64,000 nucleotides of DNA from Spirochaetia bacterium (GCA_034520965.1 JAXHMY010000001.1:512001-576000); one strand, 5' to 3'; shown: positions 26,607-37,418, numbered from the stretch's first letter. Translations and numbers: made by a program. The notes: generated by a model from the sequence alone, not told the origin.

Positions 26607-29594
26607 CTACATCGGCACAATAATACGCTTTTGCCCCTTGCGGCCGAACAGCTGCTCGGCTTTATCCAACACCTTCGATTCGGCCATCGCAACCCGTACA
26701 GCTTTGCCGCTGTTCTCATGCAGAACCGCAGCTTCACGCTTTACATCCGCTACCTTTACCTCAAGCATCTCATGCCGGGCGCTGCGGCGCAGCTCGTCGC
26801 TTATACCGTACAACCGGCGCTTCAACCCAACAACGCTCTTCTCACCAGGAGATTTAGGACGAGTATCTTTACCAACTATCGCAATAATCGCTTTTTCCAG
26901 ATCGTCTTCGGTAACCCCCTCCTGAGCTATATGAGCCAAACCGTCTGCGTACACCTGCAGCGACTTCTCTACGCTCGGGTCGCGGTAAGAGAGAAAAGAA
27001 AAGATACCTTCAAGCCCGTGGGTCGAGGCGGCTGCACCGTAGGCTCCGCCCTGCATACGAATTTTCTGCCATAAGTAATCGGTTTTCAATAGGTGTGCGA
27101 CCAGAATGTAAGCTGCATATCCCGGTTTTCCGTACAACAGACCCGGAAGAGCCATACCACTGTATCCGACTGAGGCCGGGACTTGCAGGCTCTCCCAATT
27201 ATCCTGATAAGGCTCTATCTGCGTACCGTCATCAGAGACAAAATGGTCAAAGCTGCGGGTCGATTTGCTTCCATCAGAGGAAAAATCGACTAAGTGTTTG
27301 GCCATTTGAGTATGAATGCGGCCCAATTGCTGTCCATCTGCACTCATGTTTAACATCAGCCTCTGGCGGGTCATAACCTTATCCCGCAGGGTCTTCAGCT
27401 CCTGTCCAATCGCTTCAACCTCGGCTCCTGCTTGGGTCGGAAGGGTGGTAAGAAAGAGCAGCTGCTCGATCCCGCGCCATTCATCTTCAATCCGAATAGC
27501 CGGCTCCAGGTGAGCTCCCGCCCGCAGGGTAGAGAAGGAGTGTCCCGCCGGAATAACCGCTGAACGCATGTCGTTTCTAAACTCAGTTAAAACCTCCCAT
27601 AGACGCCGGCGGTCTTCTACCTGGGCGTGCTGTAAGAGGTTAAAGGTCAAGTCAAGGGCTTCCTCCAGGGACCCCTCAAGACACTTTAAGCGTAAAAATA
27701 GATAACCTAGATACGAGTCGGCGGCACCGACCATTGGGCTTATATCCAGATAGGGGAAAAGCCCCCCCATTTTAAGGTTTTGACGGCGTGCAACTTCGTC
27801 ATAAGCAACGCCGGGCAGGCCGGTGGAGGTTAGCATCCGTCCCAGCAGAGGCAGCAGCAGCCGCTCTCTCTCTGATAACTCGGTGATATTAAAGGCGAAG
27901 TCGATGTAGATTATTCCATTGGTAAACAAGTCGTGGGTAAAACCTGGAATACCATCTACCTGAGTATCACCAGTCTCAATCACCGAAATATCCTCAGGCA
28001 GATCCTCGCGGGATAAAATAGGAATTGTTTCAAGGGCAGATTGCGGATCGGGGGCATTTTGAAACTGCTCAAAAGCCTCAAGATCGCCCCGCAGCTGCTG
28101 CTCCTCCACCTCATCCATCTGTGAGTGAATTTTGTCGACAGTTTGTTGAATCTCTTTATCCAGATCCTGCAGGTAGTCCCCGTCCGGCTCGACGATAACC
28201 GTACTACGATGGGTGTTATTCAAAAGCGAGCGCTCAATCAGTTCTTCAAAGTAATGGGGATTCGTATCATACTCCTGTTTTAGCCTTTCCATGTGAGGTG
28301 TAAACTCGAGGGTGGTACGGGGTTCCCCGCCATGCAGCCACCCCCGCAGGGCTTTGTTCATCATCCGCAGGCCAAAGGGTGCTCCTCCGCGGATTTCCCG
28401 GTTCTGAAACTCAACCCGGCGCAGGGTTCCCTTGACTACATCAGAGGGAAGCCCCTCCTCGACAAGCCTCTTCAACTCTCCCAACACCAAATCCTCAAAC
28501 TTACCCGCGTTCTCCGGTTCAATACCCCGAATACCAATGGAAAAACTCATATCACGGATATCAGTTTCCAATCCGCTAACCGGAGACATATCCTCACCCA
28601 ATTCAGTATCATTTATCAATTTCTGCAGGGGAGTTCCCGGATGTCCGATCAAAGCACCACTTAACACCTGCATCGAGAGCAGGGTGAGTGGATCGTTGAT
28701 CACACCGGTGCGCCAGTTGATTGTAATGGTGGGCTTCGGCTTTTCCTCCCCCTCGACTGCCGGACCCTTTACTGTAAACAACTTCGGCTCCTGCCAAGAC
28801 GGCTCGTCAGCTATATCGGGTGCCGGCTCTCCAGCCCCAAACTCGGACAAATAGTTTTTCTGCAGAAACTCCAGCTGCTCTTCAGTGGGAATATTGCCGT
28901 ACATAAAAAAACGACAGTTGGCCGGGTGGTAGTACTTTTTATGGAAGTCTACAAACTGCTCATAACTCAACTGCGGAATTGCCTGGGGGCTTCCGCCCGA
29001 TTCATGTCGATACTGTGATTTTTCAAACAGGGAACGGTACGACCAGTCACCGACGATTGAATCATAGCTTGAAAAACTTCCCTTCATTTCATTAAAGACA
29101 ATTCCCTCAACCTTGAGGCTCCCATCCTCCTGTGGCACAAAGCGGCGCCCCTCCTGCAAAAAGAGCTCTCGTTTTAGTAAAGGGAAAAAAACCGCATCCG
29201 CATACACGGACATTATATTATAGTAATCCTTTTTTACCGTACTGGCGGCGGGATACACCGTTTTGTCGGGATAGGTCATGGCATTCAGAAAGGTATTCAC
29301 ACTCCCCTGCATCAGCGCTAAAAAAGGGTCCTTCACCGGATAGTGCCGCGAACCCGAAAGCACGGTATGTTCGAGGATATGGGCAACCCCGGTGTCATCG
29401 GCGGGGGGAGTTTTAAAAGCAAAGGCAAATAAATTCTCCCGGTCCTCATTATAGAGGTGATACACCTCCAAACCGGTAAGGTCGTGCTGCAGATGGATAC
29501 CACTGCCGTGGTACTCCTCGAGAGAGTCAATATTGGTAACGGTAAACCCGTGTAGTTTATCTCCAATTTTTAGTTGAGTCTGTGTTGTGGACAT
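26607..29594 (-). CDS. M16C insulinase-family metallopeptidase (presequence protease-like)
   Basis: HILEH inverted zinc motif, FLNAMTYPDKTVYP, GIVFNEMKG, IRMQGGAYG and SYRDP motifs. Confidence 0.9.
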   Translation of the reverse strand: MSTTQTQLKIGDKLHGFTVTNIDSLEEYHGSGIHLQHDLTGLEVYHLYNEDRENLFAFAFKTPPADDTGVAHILEHTVLSGSRHYPVKDPFLALMQGSVNTFLNAMTYPDKTVYPAASTVKKDYYNIMSVYADAVFFPLLKRELFLQEGRRFVPQEDGSLKVEGIVFNEMKGSFSSYDSIVGDWSYRSLFEKSQYRHESGGSPQAIPQLSYEQFVDFHKKYYHPANCRFFMYGNIPTEEQLEFLQKNYLSEFGAGEPAPDIADEPSWQEPKLFTVKGPAVEGEEKPKPTITINWRTGVINDPLTLLSMQVLSGALIGHPGTPLQKLINDTELGEDMSPVSGLETDIRDMSFSIGIRGIEPENAGKFEDLVLGELKRLVEEGLPSDVVKGTLRRVEFQNREIRGGAPFGLRMMNKALRGWLHGGEPRTTLEFTPHMERLKQEYDTNPHYFEELIERSLLNNTHRSTVIVEPDGDYLQDLDKEIQQTVDKIHSQMDEVEEQQLRGDLEAFEQFQNAPDPQSALETIPILSREDLPEDISVIETGDTQVDGIPGFTHDLFTNGIIYIDFAFNITELSERERLLLPLLGRMLTSTGLPGVAYDEVARRQNLKMGGLFPYLDISPMVGAADSYLGYLFLRLKCLEGSLEEALDLTFNLLQHAQVEDRRRLWEVLTEFRNDMRSAVIPAGHSFSTLRAGAHLEPAIRIEDEWRGIEQLLFLTTLPTQAGAEVEAIGQELKTLRDKVMTRQRLMLNMSADGQQLGRIHTQMAKHLVDFSSDGSKSTRSFDHFVSDDGTQIEPYQDNWESLQVPASVGYSGMALPGLLYGKPGYAAYILVAHLLKTDYLWQKIRMQGGAYGAAASTHGLEGIFSFLSYRDPSVEKSLQVYADGLAHIAQEGVTEDDLEKAIIAIVGKDTRPKSPGEKSVVGLKRRLYGISDELRRSARHEMLEVKVADVKREAAVLHENSGKAVRVAMAESKVLDKAEQLFGRKGQKRIIVPM

Positions 29595-29656
29595 GTAGTT
29601 CTTCTCCTATTTTCTTAATAGTTTATTAAATATAATGATTCCTTTACACTAGTACC

Positions 29657-30631
29657 ATGAATTTCACTCAAATGCACAGCCGTTCACGGATTATTAACGG
29701 GATTAGAAACTTTTTTCATGATCGCAACTACTTAGAAGTGGATACGCCCCTGCTTACACCGGCACTTATTCCGGAAGCGCCGATAGAAATCTTTGAAACG
29801 GTTTTTACCAGCGATGAGTACGGATCTTTTCCGCTGTACCTCATTCCTTCGCCGGAGGTTCATATGAAAAAACTCATTGCTTCCGGAAGCGGAAACATCT
29901 TTCAAATTACCCGCAGCTTCCGCAACTCCGAACAGCTTGGGCCCCACCATAACCCCGAGTTCAGCATGCTCGAATGGTATACCATGGAGGCGGACTACCA
30001 TACCTCAATAGCCACCACCGAAGATCTTATTCAAAGCCTCGCCGGCCCTGACACCCCCGCACATATGCGCCCGCCCTTTAGAAAAATTACTGTCCAGGAG
30101 GCTTTCCTCGATTATGCCGGTTTCGACCTGGCTGAAACCCAAGATAGGCCTGCCCTCGTTCAGGCCGCACGGAAACTGGGCCTTTCGATACAGTCGACGG
30201 ATGACACCTGGGAGCAGATATACCACCGAATCTTTCTCAACTATGTAGAACCGAACCTGCCGAGGGACCAGCCCCTTGTTCTTACGGATTTTCCGCGCCA
30301 AATTACCTGCCTGGCCAAGGAGCTTCCCGGAACGCCCTGGCGGGAGCGGTGGGAACTCTACATCAATGGAATCGAGCTGGCCAACTGCTACTCCGAAGAG
30401 ACTGATTCCACCAAAATTGAGGCCTTTTTTCGCAGGGAGTACGCCCTAAAAGCTGCCGAGAGCAGGGTTGTTCCGGATATAGACGAGGAGTTTATTGATA
30501 TTCACCGTTCCGGCTTTCCCACATGCTCGGGGGTAGCCCTGGGTGTTGACCGCCTGATTATGGCGATGAGCGGGCAAGCCAGTATTGAGGGGGTGATCTT
30601 TTTCCCCCTTTCTGATACTATACGGCCGTAG
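29657..30631 (+). CDS. epmA: EF-P lysine aminoacylase
   Basis: LysRS-II-like catalytic domain only (SPEVHMKKL, FRNSE...HNPEFSMLEWY, GVALGVDRL), immediately upstream of efp. Confidence 0.92.
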   Translation: MNFTQMHSRSRIINGIRNFFHDRNYLEVDTPLLTPALIPEAPIEIFETVFTSDEYGSFPLYLIPSPEVHMKKLIASGSGNIFQITRSFRNSEQLGPHHNPEFSMLEWYTMEADYHTSIATTEDLIQSLAGPDTPAHMRPPFRKITVQEAFLDYAGFDLAETQDRPALVQAARKLGLSIQSTDDTWEQIYHRIFLNYVEPNLPRDQPLVLTDFPRQITCLAKELPGTPWRERWELYINGIELANCYSEETDSTKIEAFFRREYALKAAESRVVPDIDEEFIDIHRSGFPTCSGVALGVDRLIMAMSGQASIEGVIFFPLSDTIRP

Positions 30632-30689
30632 CATTACGCCGCAAACCCAGGTCAACTGAATATAATAACTCAAGCGAGGTTAGATAATT

Positions 30690-31253
30690 ATGATAAGAGC
30701 CGGAGCATTAGAAAAGGGAATGGCAATACTTATAAAGGGAGATCCCTTTGTAGTGGTTGAACGGGAGTTCGTGAAACCCGGAAAAGGGTCCGCCTTTGTA
30801 AGGGCCAAGCTGAAAAACCCCACCAGTGGTCAAGTATTACGCGAAACAATGAAAACCCAGGATCAAGTAGAAGAAATTTTAGTTGAAGATAAAGATAGTC
30901 AGTATCTCTATGCCGATGATACAAGCTACCACTTCATGAATTTGGATACCTACGAACAGTTTGAGATCCCCGCCAAAACCTTTCCCGAATACCGTGAACT
31001 AATGAAAGAGGGAGATACCTACACTCTGATTTTGTGGGAGGATCGCCCCCTGGATATTAAGCTCCCCTTTAAGATAGTGTACACCGTCACCAAAGCAGAG
31101 GATGCAATCAAAGGCGATACGGTAACCGGTGCGACCAAAACCGTTGAAGTGGAGACGGGCCTAAAAGTGAAAGTGCCTATCTTCATTAAAGAGGGCGAAC
31201 GCATTATGGTAAATACCGAAACAAAAGAGTATGTAGAGCGGGTAAATCAGTAG
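30690..31253 (+). CDS. efp: elongation factor P
   Basis: KPGKGSAFVR loop; KGDT and VPIFIKEGE motifs. Confidence 0.97.
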   Translation: MIRAGALEKGMAILIKGDPFVVVEREFVKPGKGSAFVRAKLKNPTSGQVLRETMKTQDQVEEILVEDKDSQYLYADDTSYHFMNLDTYEQFEIPAKTFPEYRELMKEGDTYTLILWEDRPLDIKLPFKIVYTVTKAEDAIKGDTVTGATKTVEVETGLKVKVPIFIKEGERIMVNTETKEYVERVNQ

Positions 31254-31276
31254 ATTCAGATATAGCCGGCCATACG

Positions 31277-32512
31277 ATGGAATCATTAATTTCCCATTAC
31301 AGCAACAAAGAGGTTTCCCTTCGTTGCACCGAAGGAAACCTCTATTTTTTACTCTCCCAGGCGCTCTTCAGCAGTTATGAAATTGATAAGGGCAGCCGGT
31401 TTCTATTAAAGACAGCTCAGCAAAATATTGATTTCAGTTCCATTCAACAAGTGCTGGATATTGGCTGCGGTATCGGTACTCTTGGAGTCTGTCTTCAGAA
31501 AGGTTATCCCCACCTGCGGGTGACAATGCAAGATCGAGATGCGTTAGCCCTTGCGTTCAGCCGGTACAATGCACAGAAAAACTCTGCAGAGGGAGTGCAC
31601 GTAGTCGGAGGGCTGGCCTTTCAGGGCCTGCAGGGGCAGCATTTTGACCTTGTAATTTCAAATATCCCTGCGAAAGTAGGAGAACCGGTGCTGCGACAGC
31701 TGTACAGGAGCATGCTCTTCCATGCTACGCTTTCGGCAATCGTAGTGGTAAATCCCCTGGCCGACTATACCCAACAAACCCTTGCAGAATTAGGCGCCCA
31801 AATACTGTACCGGGCGCAGGGCTCAGGTCATAGTGTGTTCTACTTTACTCCGGTACAGTCTGCCCTAGCCTCGGAGGAAAAGCTGTCAGCAGAAGAGCTG
31901 CCGTCAGAAGAACTGCCGTCGGCCTATTTTAGAACAAGCGCACAATTTGAATATGCAGACCTAAGTTACTGGCTTGATACGGTATGGGGACTTGCCGACT
32001 TCGACTCGATTCCATTCCAAAGCCAGTCCGCATATCGTTGTGTGAAGTCTGCCGACCCATTTAACCGGATATGCATATGGAATCCCGGGCAGGGACACAG
32101 TGTGGCCTTGCTGGCTGCTGCTCAGCTTCACCAGCCCCTCACTGTTGACCTGCTTGGACGGGATATGCTGGCATTGCAGGCAAGTCGCCACAACCTCCGA
32201 GCGCAGCCTCATGTGAGCCTTGGGCAGCTGCTCCATAGCCCTAACCCGATAATCGCTGCCGAAAAACTGAAAAACGAACCAAACTCCCAAGCACCGGACT
32301 TGATGATTGTTGAACTGGAACATCTTGCCGGAGTACCAAGGGCTCAGGAAGTGCTGTCCGCCGCTCGCGTGCTGTTGGAACCGGGAGGGATACTGCTCAT
32401 TACCGGAAAGAGCGCGCATGTCCAGCAGTTTGACCACTCACCTGAAGGATTTTGCTCTGTAACCGTAAAAAAACACAAGGGGTATAAGAGTGTAGCCCTG
32501 AGGCGTGATTAA
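31277..32512 (+). CDS. class I SAM-dependent methyltransferase (RsmC/MTS-like)
   Basis: LFSSYEIDKGSRFLL, LDIGCGIG and ISNIPAKVG motifs. Confidence 0.75.
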   Translation: MESLISHYSNKEVSLRCTEGNLYFLLSQALFSSYEIDKGSRFLLKTAQQNIDFSSIQQVLDIGCGIGTLGVCLQKGYPHLRVTMQDRDALALAFSRYNAQKNSAEGVHVVGGLAFQGLQGQHFDLVISNIPAKVGEPVLRQLYRSMLFHATLSAIVVVNPLADYTQQTLAELGAQILYRAQGSGHSVFYFTPVQSALASEEKLSAEELPSEELPSAYFRTSAQFEYADLSYWLDTVWGLADFDSIPFQSQSAYRCVKSADPFNRICIWNPGQGHSVALLAAAQLHQPLTVDLLGRDMLALQASRHNLRAQPHVSLGQLLHSPNPIIAAEKLKNEPNSQAPDLMIVELEHLAGVPRAQEVLSAARVLLEPGGILLITGKSAHVQQFDHSPEGFCSVTVKKHKGYKSVALRRD

Positions 32513-32605
32513 TTTGGAGAATTTAAGCTGCCGCCCTGCAAATAGATTTTACAATTATTGACCAATAAGGTATATTAATCAGTATATCAAGAATAGGATA
32601 AGGTT

Positions 32606-33055
32606 ATGCGAATAACAACAAAAGGCCGCTATGCACTTCGCGCAGTACTTCAGCTCTCCCAACAGGCTGAAAATAGCCCCGTGTCAATCCGTACACTCTC
32701 GGAACTCGAGGACATTTCTGCAGAATTTTTGGAGCAGATCTTCTTTCGTCTTCGAAAGGCAGGGCTGATTAAGTCTACCCGAGGCCCGGGAGGGGGCTTT
32801 CAGCTGGTAAAGACCCTGAGCGAGATAACTGTTGCCGATATTTTCCAGGCTGTAGGCGAAGAACTGCATTTCTCCCCTTGCACGCTTGACGACGGAAACG
32901 CCTGCGGGCGAGAAGATATCTGCTCTGCCCATGGTTTCTGGGATCATACTTACACCCTTTTTAGAAAGTACTTCGAACAAATTTCCCTGCAGGACATTGT
33001 GGAAGGTCGCTACCCGCAACACGTGTGTGCTGAAGAAAACAGGGTCAACACCTAA
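32606..33055 (+). CDS. Rrf2 family transcriptional regulator (IscR-like, three Cys plus His)
   Basis: TTKGRYALRA, LEQIF...STRGPGGGF; C-x7-C-x5-C-x2-H. Confidence 0.9.
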   Translation: MRITTKGRYALRAVLQLSQQAENSPVSIRTLSELEDISAEFLEQIFFRLRKAGLIKSTRGPGGGFQLVKTLSEITVADIFQAVGEELHFSPCTLDDGNACGREDICSAHGFWDHTYTLFRKYFEQISLQDIVEGRYPQHVCAEENRVNT

Positions 33056-33180
33056 AATACAGCCTCAGAATTATGGTGGGCTGTGAAAATATTTGGTTCA
33101 ACAAGGCATCAATATCCATACCACTACCTGTCTTTCTCTCATTATTGATCATAGATGCAGCAAGGTGCTACAATATAAGT

Positions 33181-33940
33181 ATGCAAGATGAGAATAACGA
33201 ATTTTTGGAACAAGTACAATTAGCAGTTGAAACAATTCGCGCTTCACGACATTGTACCGCTTTCACCGGAGCAGGAATAAGTGTCGAGAGCGGAATCCCC
33301 CCCTTTCGTGGTGATAACGGGCTGTGGTCTAAGTACGATCCGATGGTCCTAGACTTAAGTTACTTCCACCGCAATCCTGAGGAGAGCTGGAAAGTGATTA
33401 AAGAGATCTTTTACTCTTTTTTTGGTAAAGCCGAACCAAATGCAGCCCATACGCTATTAGCCAAAATGGAACAGCAGAAAATGCTGAACGCCGTTATTAC
33501 TCAGAATATTGATACTCTGCACCACCAGGCAGGCAGCCGTAATGTCATTGAATATCACGGAAGTTCAAGAAAACTGGTCTGCACTTCCTGTGGAGGAGAA
33601 ACAGAACCAAGCGATGAGGTATTAAAGGGGTCTCCCCCGCGCTGTGAATGCGGAGGAGTCTGGAAGCCTGACTTTATATTCTTTGGCGAGTCGATTCCCT
33701 CTGAAGCACTCATAAAATCACAGTATGAGGCTGAACATTGCGATTGTATGATCCTGATTGGCACCACCGGAGAGGTCTATCCCGCCGCCTAGGGTGCCTC
33801 AAAAAGCGTCGGATAACAGGGCTACGATTATCGAGATTAACCCGTCTCCATCGCTGTATACCGATCGAATAACGGATGTCTTTATTCAGGCGGAGGCGGT
33901 AAAAGCCGGGAAAGCACTGCAAAAAAAACTTTTTGCTTGA
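33181..33940 (+). CDS. cobB: NAD-dependent protein deacylase, Sir2 family (frameshift near 33790)
   Basis: TGAGISVESGIPPFRG, ITQNID, EYHG, zinc Cys pairs, KPDFIFFGE, GTTGEVYPAA; continues as ATIIEINP in another frame. Confidence 0.85.
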
Positions 33941-33970
33941 CCCAATTGAAGAAAGGATTACACTTATAGT

Positions 33971-35029
33971 GTGAGAAAATACATAAGTGTTGAAGTTGAA
34001 CATACTCGTTATGCCCGTTTTCTTTCGCTCGACCAAGCTGGAGAAAACACTATCTCTTTGACTACTCTGGCAGATTTTCAGAAGCGCGCAGAAGTAAAGG
34101 TGTTCCTAATAAATGAAAATCAGCGCACACTGCTGCACGAGTTTACAATTGATCATCTGCCGCAACGCCGTGCGGGTGAACCCCGGATGGTTTTAAAAGC
34201 TATCTACGACGGCAAAAACAAGCTGACACTGAATATGAGTGTCGACGGACGATTCTACAGCAGCACTACCATTTCTATAAAAAAACACCTTCGCCCCAAA
34301 GCAAAGTGGCCCTGGCTGCTGTTGCTCGCCTTTATCCTTCTGGCAGGGGCCGCCTGGTTCCTGCTGCGGACATGCAGTACTCCCGAAGAAAGTCGTATTC
34401 CCCGGACAGAGCAGACGGAGCCCTCAAAGCACACAGAAAGTCGGTCTTCTGAACCGGCGGAGGCCTCAGAAACAGAGGAACAGTACACAGAGCCTTCTGC
34501 CGAGGCTTCTGCACAAACTGACTCGTCCTCCCCTTCGGGCAGCACCTCAGTAGAAAGTTCAGAGCAAGCTGCGAGCTCAACTAAGTCCGCAGGCGAAACA
34601 GTTAAAACCAATGGGCCTGAAGATCAGACTGAAGAAGAAGCGACGGCACAGCAGGTAGTGCCGCCGGAACTCTCACAGATAGTTTATTTCACGCCCAATT
34701 CATCGCAGCTTACAGAAACGGCCCAACAGAGATTGTCCGAATTTATGCAGGAATTGCGCAAGTATGAAGGAATTCAACTTGTCATTGAGGGGCACTGTGC
34801 CCTCTATGGAACGGAGCAGGGACGAGAGGAGCTCTCCCGCGAACGTGCGCGTAAAGCAGCTCAGTATATTCAAAATCTAGGCTGGTCCCCGGAACAGCCG
34901 CCGGTTATCCGCGGGCTTGCCGCCCAGGATCCCGTAAGCCGGGATAGTGAAAAACAACATCTGAACCGCAGGGTCGAAATTACCGTGCTTCCTCAGGATA
35001 GTAGTACCTCTTCCCGTCGGGACCAATAA
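33971..35029 (+). CDS. membrane-anchored OmpA/MotB-like peptidoglycan-binding protein
   Basis: TM helix WPWLLLLAFILLAGAAWFLL; Ser/Thr/Glu-rich linker; VYFTPNS...IEGH...LSRERA...NRRVEI. Confidence 0.85.
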   Translation: MRKYISVEVEHTRYARFLSLDQAGENTISLTTLADFQKRAEVKVFLINENQRTLLHEFTIDHLPQRRAGEPRMVLKAIYDGKNKLTLNMSVDGRFYSSTTISIKKHLRPKAKWPWLLLLAFILLAGAAWFLLRTCSTPEESRIPRTEQTEPSKHTESRSSEPAEASETEEQYTEPSAEASAQTDSSSPSGSTSVESSEQAASSTKSAGETVKTNGPEDQTEEEATAQQVVPPELSQIVYFTPNSSQLTETAQQRLSEFMQELRKYEGIQLVIEGHCALYGTEQGREELSRERARKAAQYIQNLGWSPEQPPVIRGLAAQDPVSRDSEKQHLNRRVEITVLPQDSSTSSRRDQ

Positions 35030-36053
35030 AAACATACCAGCCCTCCTGCAGTTTCTCAAGATAATTTTCAGTCAGGGGAATTTTGCCTCCCCCCTCCGGA
35101 AGGTCCAGCGCATATACCGGCATCGCTAAACCCGAAATTTGCCCGCGCAGCTTTCGCATTAGGTCAAAACCCTCCGCAAGGGATACCCGGAAGTGGGAGG
35201 TGCCCGCGGCAAGGTCGCCCTGGAACAGATAATAAGGTTTTACCCTCATTTCCAGCAATCCTTGAAAAAGCTCCGCAAGTGTTTCCGCCCGATCATTCAC
35301 CCCTTTTAACAGCACCGCCTGGTTGAGCACAGGAACCCCCGCATCGACAAGCGCAGAGACAGCCTGTCGGCTGGCAGGGGTAATCTCGCGTGAATGATTG
35401 AATTGGCTTATCACAAACAGTGGGGAGTGCTGCGAGAGAATCTTTACCAGCTGCGGGGTTATGCGCTGGGGCATAACAACCGGTATCCGGCTTGCAAGCC
35501 GCAGCACCAAAGTACGGCCAACCTCGTACCGGAGAATATGCAACAGCTCGGAAATCCGGGTGTCTCCCAGCACTAAAGGGTCGCCTCCGCTAAGTATTAC
35601 CTCTTGCACCTCTGTATGGAGTTGCAGGTATTCTACGATTTTTTTGAGCTGACCAGGGCTTATAACACCGCCGCGTCGGGAGGCAAAATACCGACGAAAG
35701 CAGTGTCGGCAGTAGAGAGCACACTCATCTGTTACCAGCAGCAATACCCGATTGGGGTAACGGTGGACCATCCTGGGAACTGGAGAATAAGGCTCTTCCC
35801 ATAGCGGGTCTTGAACCTCATACTTTTTTATTTGAAACTCATCATTACGAGGTATACACTGGGCTCGCAGTGGGTCGTCAGGCGAGTCACCTATAAGGGA
35901 AAAGTAATAAGGGGTAACAGCAAAACCAAACTGAAAATCCTGCTGTCCCTCAGCAGTAAAAAAGGCCTCTTCCTTTTTATGCAAAGAAAACGAGACAGGT
36001 AAATCCTGTCTCGCCCTCATTGTATGTGCTCGTTCTTCTTTCCAGTCGGACAT
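34980..36053 (-). CDS. KamA-family radical SAM protein (lysine 2,3-aminomutase, EpmB-like)
   Basis: HRYPNRVLL, CALYCRHCFRR, LSGGDPL, NQAVLLKGVND and GGGKIP motifs. Confidence 0.88.
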   Translation of the reverse strand: MSDWKEERAHTMRARQDLPVSFSLHKKEEAFFTAEGQQDFQFGFAVTPYYFSLIGDSPDDPLRAQCIPRNDEFQIKKYEVQDPLWEEPYSPVPRMVHRYPNRVLLLVTDECALYCRHCFRRYFASRRGGVISPGQLKKIVEYLQLHTEVQEVILSGGDPLVLGDTRISELLHILRYEVGRTLVLRLASRIPVVMPQRITPQLVKILSQHSPLFVISQFNHSREITPASRQAVSALVDAGVPVLNQAVLLKGVNDRAETLAELFQGLLEMRVKPYYLFQGDLAAGTSHFRVSLAEGFDLMRKLRGQISGLAMPVYALDLPEGGGKIPLTENYLEKLQEGWYVFIGPDGKRYYYPEEAR

Positions 36054-36069
36054 TCAGATTACTGTTCAG

Positions 36070-36804
36070 CTACTGAACTACAGTTTTATTACGATAGACC
36101 TGCGAAATATAACTGCTGCTGAACTGCTCCTTCTCTTTCACCCAGGTAAGGAACTTCTGAGCCTCTTCCTTTTCCTGGTATGGGCCAATCCTCACACGAT
36201 AATAGAGCGTTCCATCCACGTCTTTTGACATAATACGACCGGTTAAACCCTGCCGGTCAAGCTCAGCTTTTATTCTGTCGGCCCTGGTGCGGCTTGTATA
36301 GGAACCGGTCTGAATCCAGTACTCAGTACTACGCACAGTTCGCGTCTCAGGCTCGGACCGGGTTGAGCTCGGCCGGGGAGAAGGCTGAGGCGAAGGCTGC
36401 GATTGTACCTCAGTTTCCTTAGCAGCAGGTGCTTGAGCTGAAGGTGTTTCAGTCCCAGTTGCCCCGTCCTCAGACAGCTCTGGAGATTTCTCAGCTTCCT
36501 CCGATTCGATAGTCGGAAGGTTATTTTCCGCTTCTCCGTTCTCGCCATAGACCACTACAAAGTTTTCATCTTCCCTTGCCGATCCGGGGCGTTCTTCTAA
36601 ACCAGGCGATTTTTTATCGGAGCGGACCCACTCTATAGGGTCGAAATCAGCACCAGCACCCTGGGCTTCAGCCTCGCCTGCAGCAGCAACCGGCTGCTCT
36701 TCCGGCTGCGGATAGAGCCATATAATACCCGCACCAACCACTACTAAAAGAAAGAGTGTTGCGGAAAATATTATCCAGAGAAGTTTTCTTTGTTCCATCT
36801 TCAA
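36070..36804 (-). CDS. SPOR-domain membrane protein
   Basis: N-terminal TM helix, low-complexity linker, YWIQTGSY...YYRVRIGPY. Confidence 0.85.
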   Translation of the reverse strand: MKMEQRKLLWIIFSATLFLLVVVGAGIIWLYPQPEEQPVAAAGEAEAQGAGADFDPIEWVRSDKKSPGLEERPGSAREDENFVVVYGENGEAENNLPTIESEEAEKSPELSEDGATGTETPSAQAPAAKETEVQSQPSPQPSPRPSSTRSEPETRTVRSTEYWIQTGSYTSRTRADRIKAELDRQGLTGRIMSKDVDGTLYYRVRIGPYQEKEEAQKFLTWVKEKEQFSSSYISQVYRNKTVVQ

Positions 36805-37412
36805 CCCTGCCGTTTATTTATAGTTAAGAGCTCCTCAACTGTCTGTTTTACTTTCTGATGCAAAACCTCACGGCTTTTGGAGTTCCATACATTATACATA
36901 TCGACATTCTTTGTCTTTTTTTTAGGAAAGAGTCTTCGCTGCGACCAGAATCTCTGCAGAATTTGCAGGTAAGACCAGCCCTCCCGTTGTATAGCCCGTT
37001 TTATTCGCAGATACAGGGGGGCCCTGATCACTAATACATAATCGCAGATGCGATGCAGGTCCATAGGAAACAGAAGCGCAGCATTTATACACACGTTCTG
37101 TCCCCGTTCTCTGTGATAACGAGTAGTCTGTTCCACGATTTCACGCATGCGCGGATGCAGAATCGCCTCTAGGCTCTTCAATTTGCGGGAATCGGAAAAT
37201 ACAATCTCACCGAGGGCTTTCCGGTTTACCCGTCCATCCGGCTCAAAAATTGTGCTCCCAAATGCAGCTTCCAGGGCAGCCCGCTCTTCCTGCAAGGCCC
37301 TATGCCCGGTTTGATCGACATGAATCACCTTCCACGAATGTTTCTCCAAGTACTCAGCGGCAACATCCTTCCCCACACAGCACTTTCCGGTTAATCCTAA
37401 GACTAAGGCCAT
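36801..37412 (-). CDS. coaE: dephospho-CoA kinase
   Basis: LGLTG...GK P-loop, NRKALGEIVF, LEAILHP; follows polA. Confidence 0.9.
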   Translation of the reverse strand: MALVLGLTGKCCVGKDVAAEYLEKHSWKVIHVDQTGHRALQEERAALEAAFGSTIFEPDGRVNRKALGEIVFSDSRKLKSLEAILHPRMREIVEQTTRYHRERGQNVCINAALLFPMDLHRICDYVLVIRAPLYLRIKRAIQREGWSYLQILQRFWSQRRLFPKKKTKNVDMYNVWNSKSREVLHQKVKQTVEELLTINKRQG

Positions 37413-37418
37413 AGGCGT

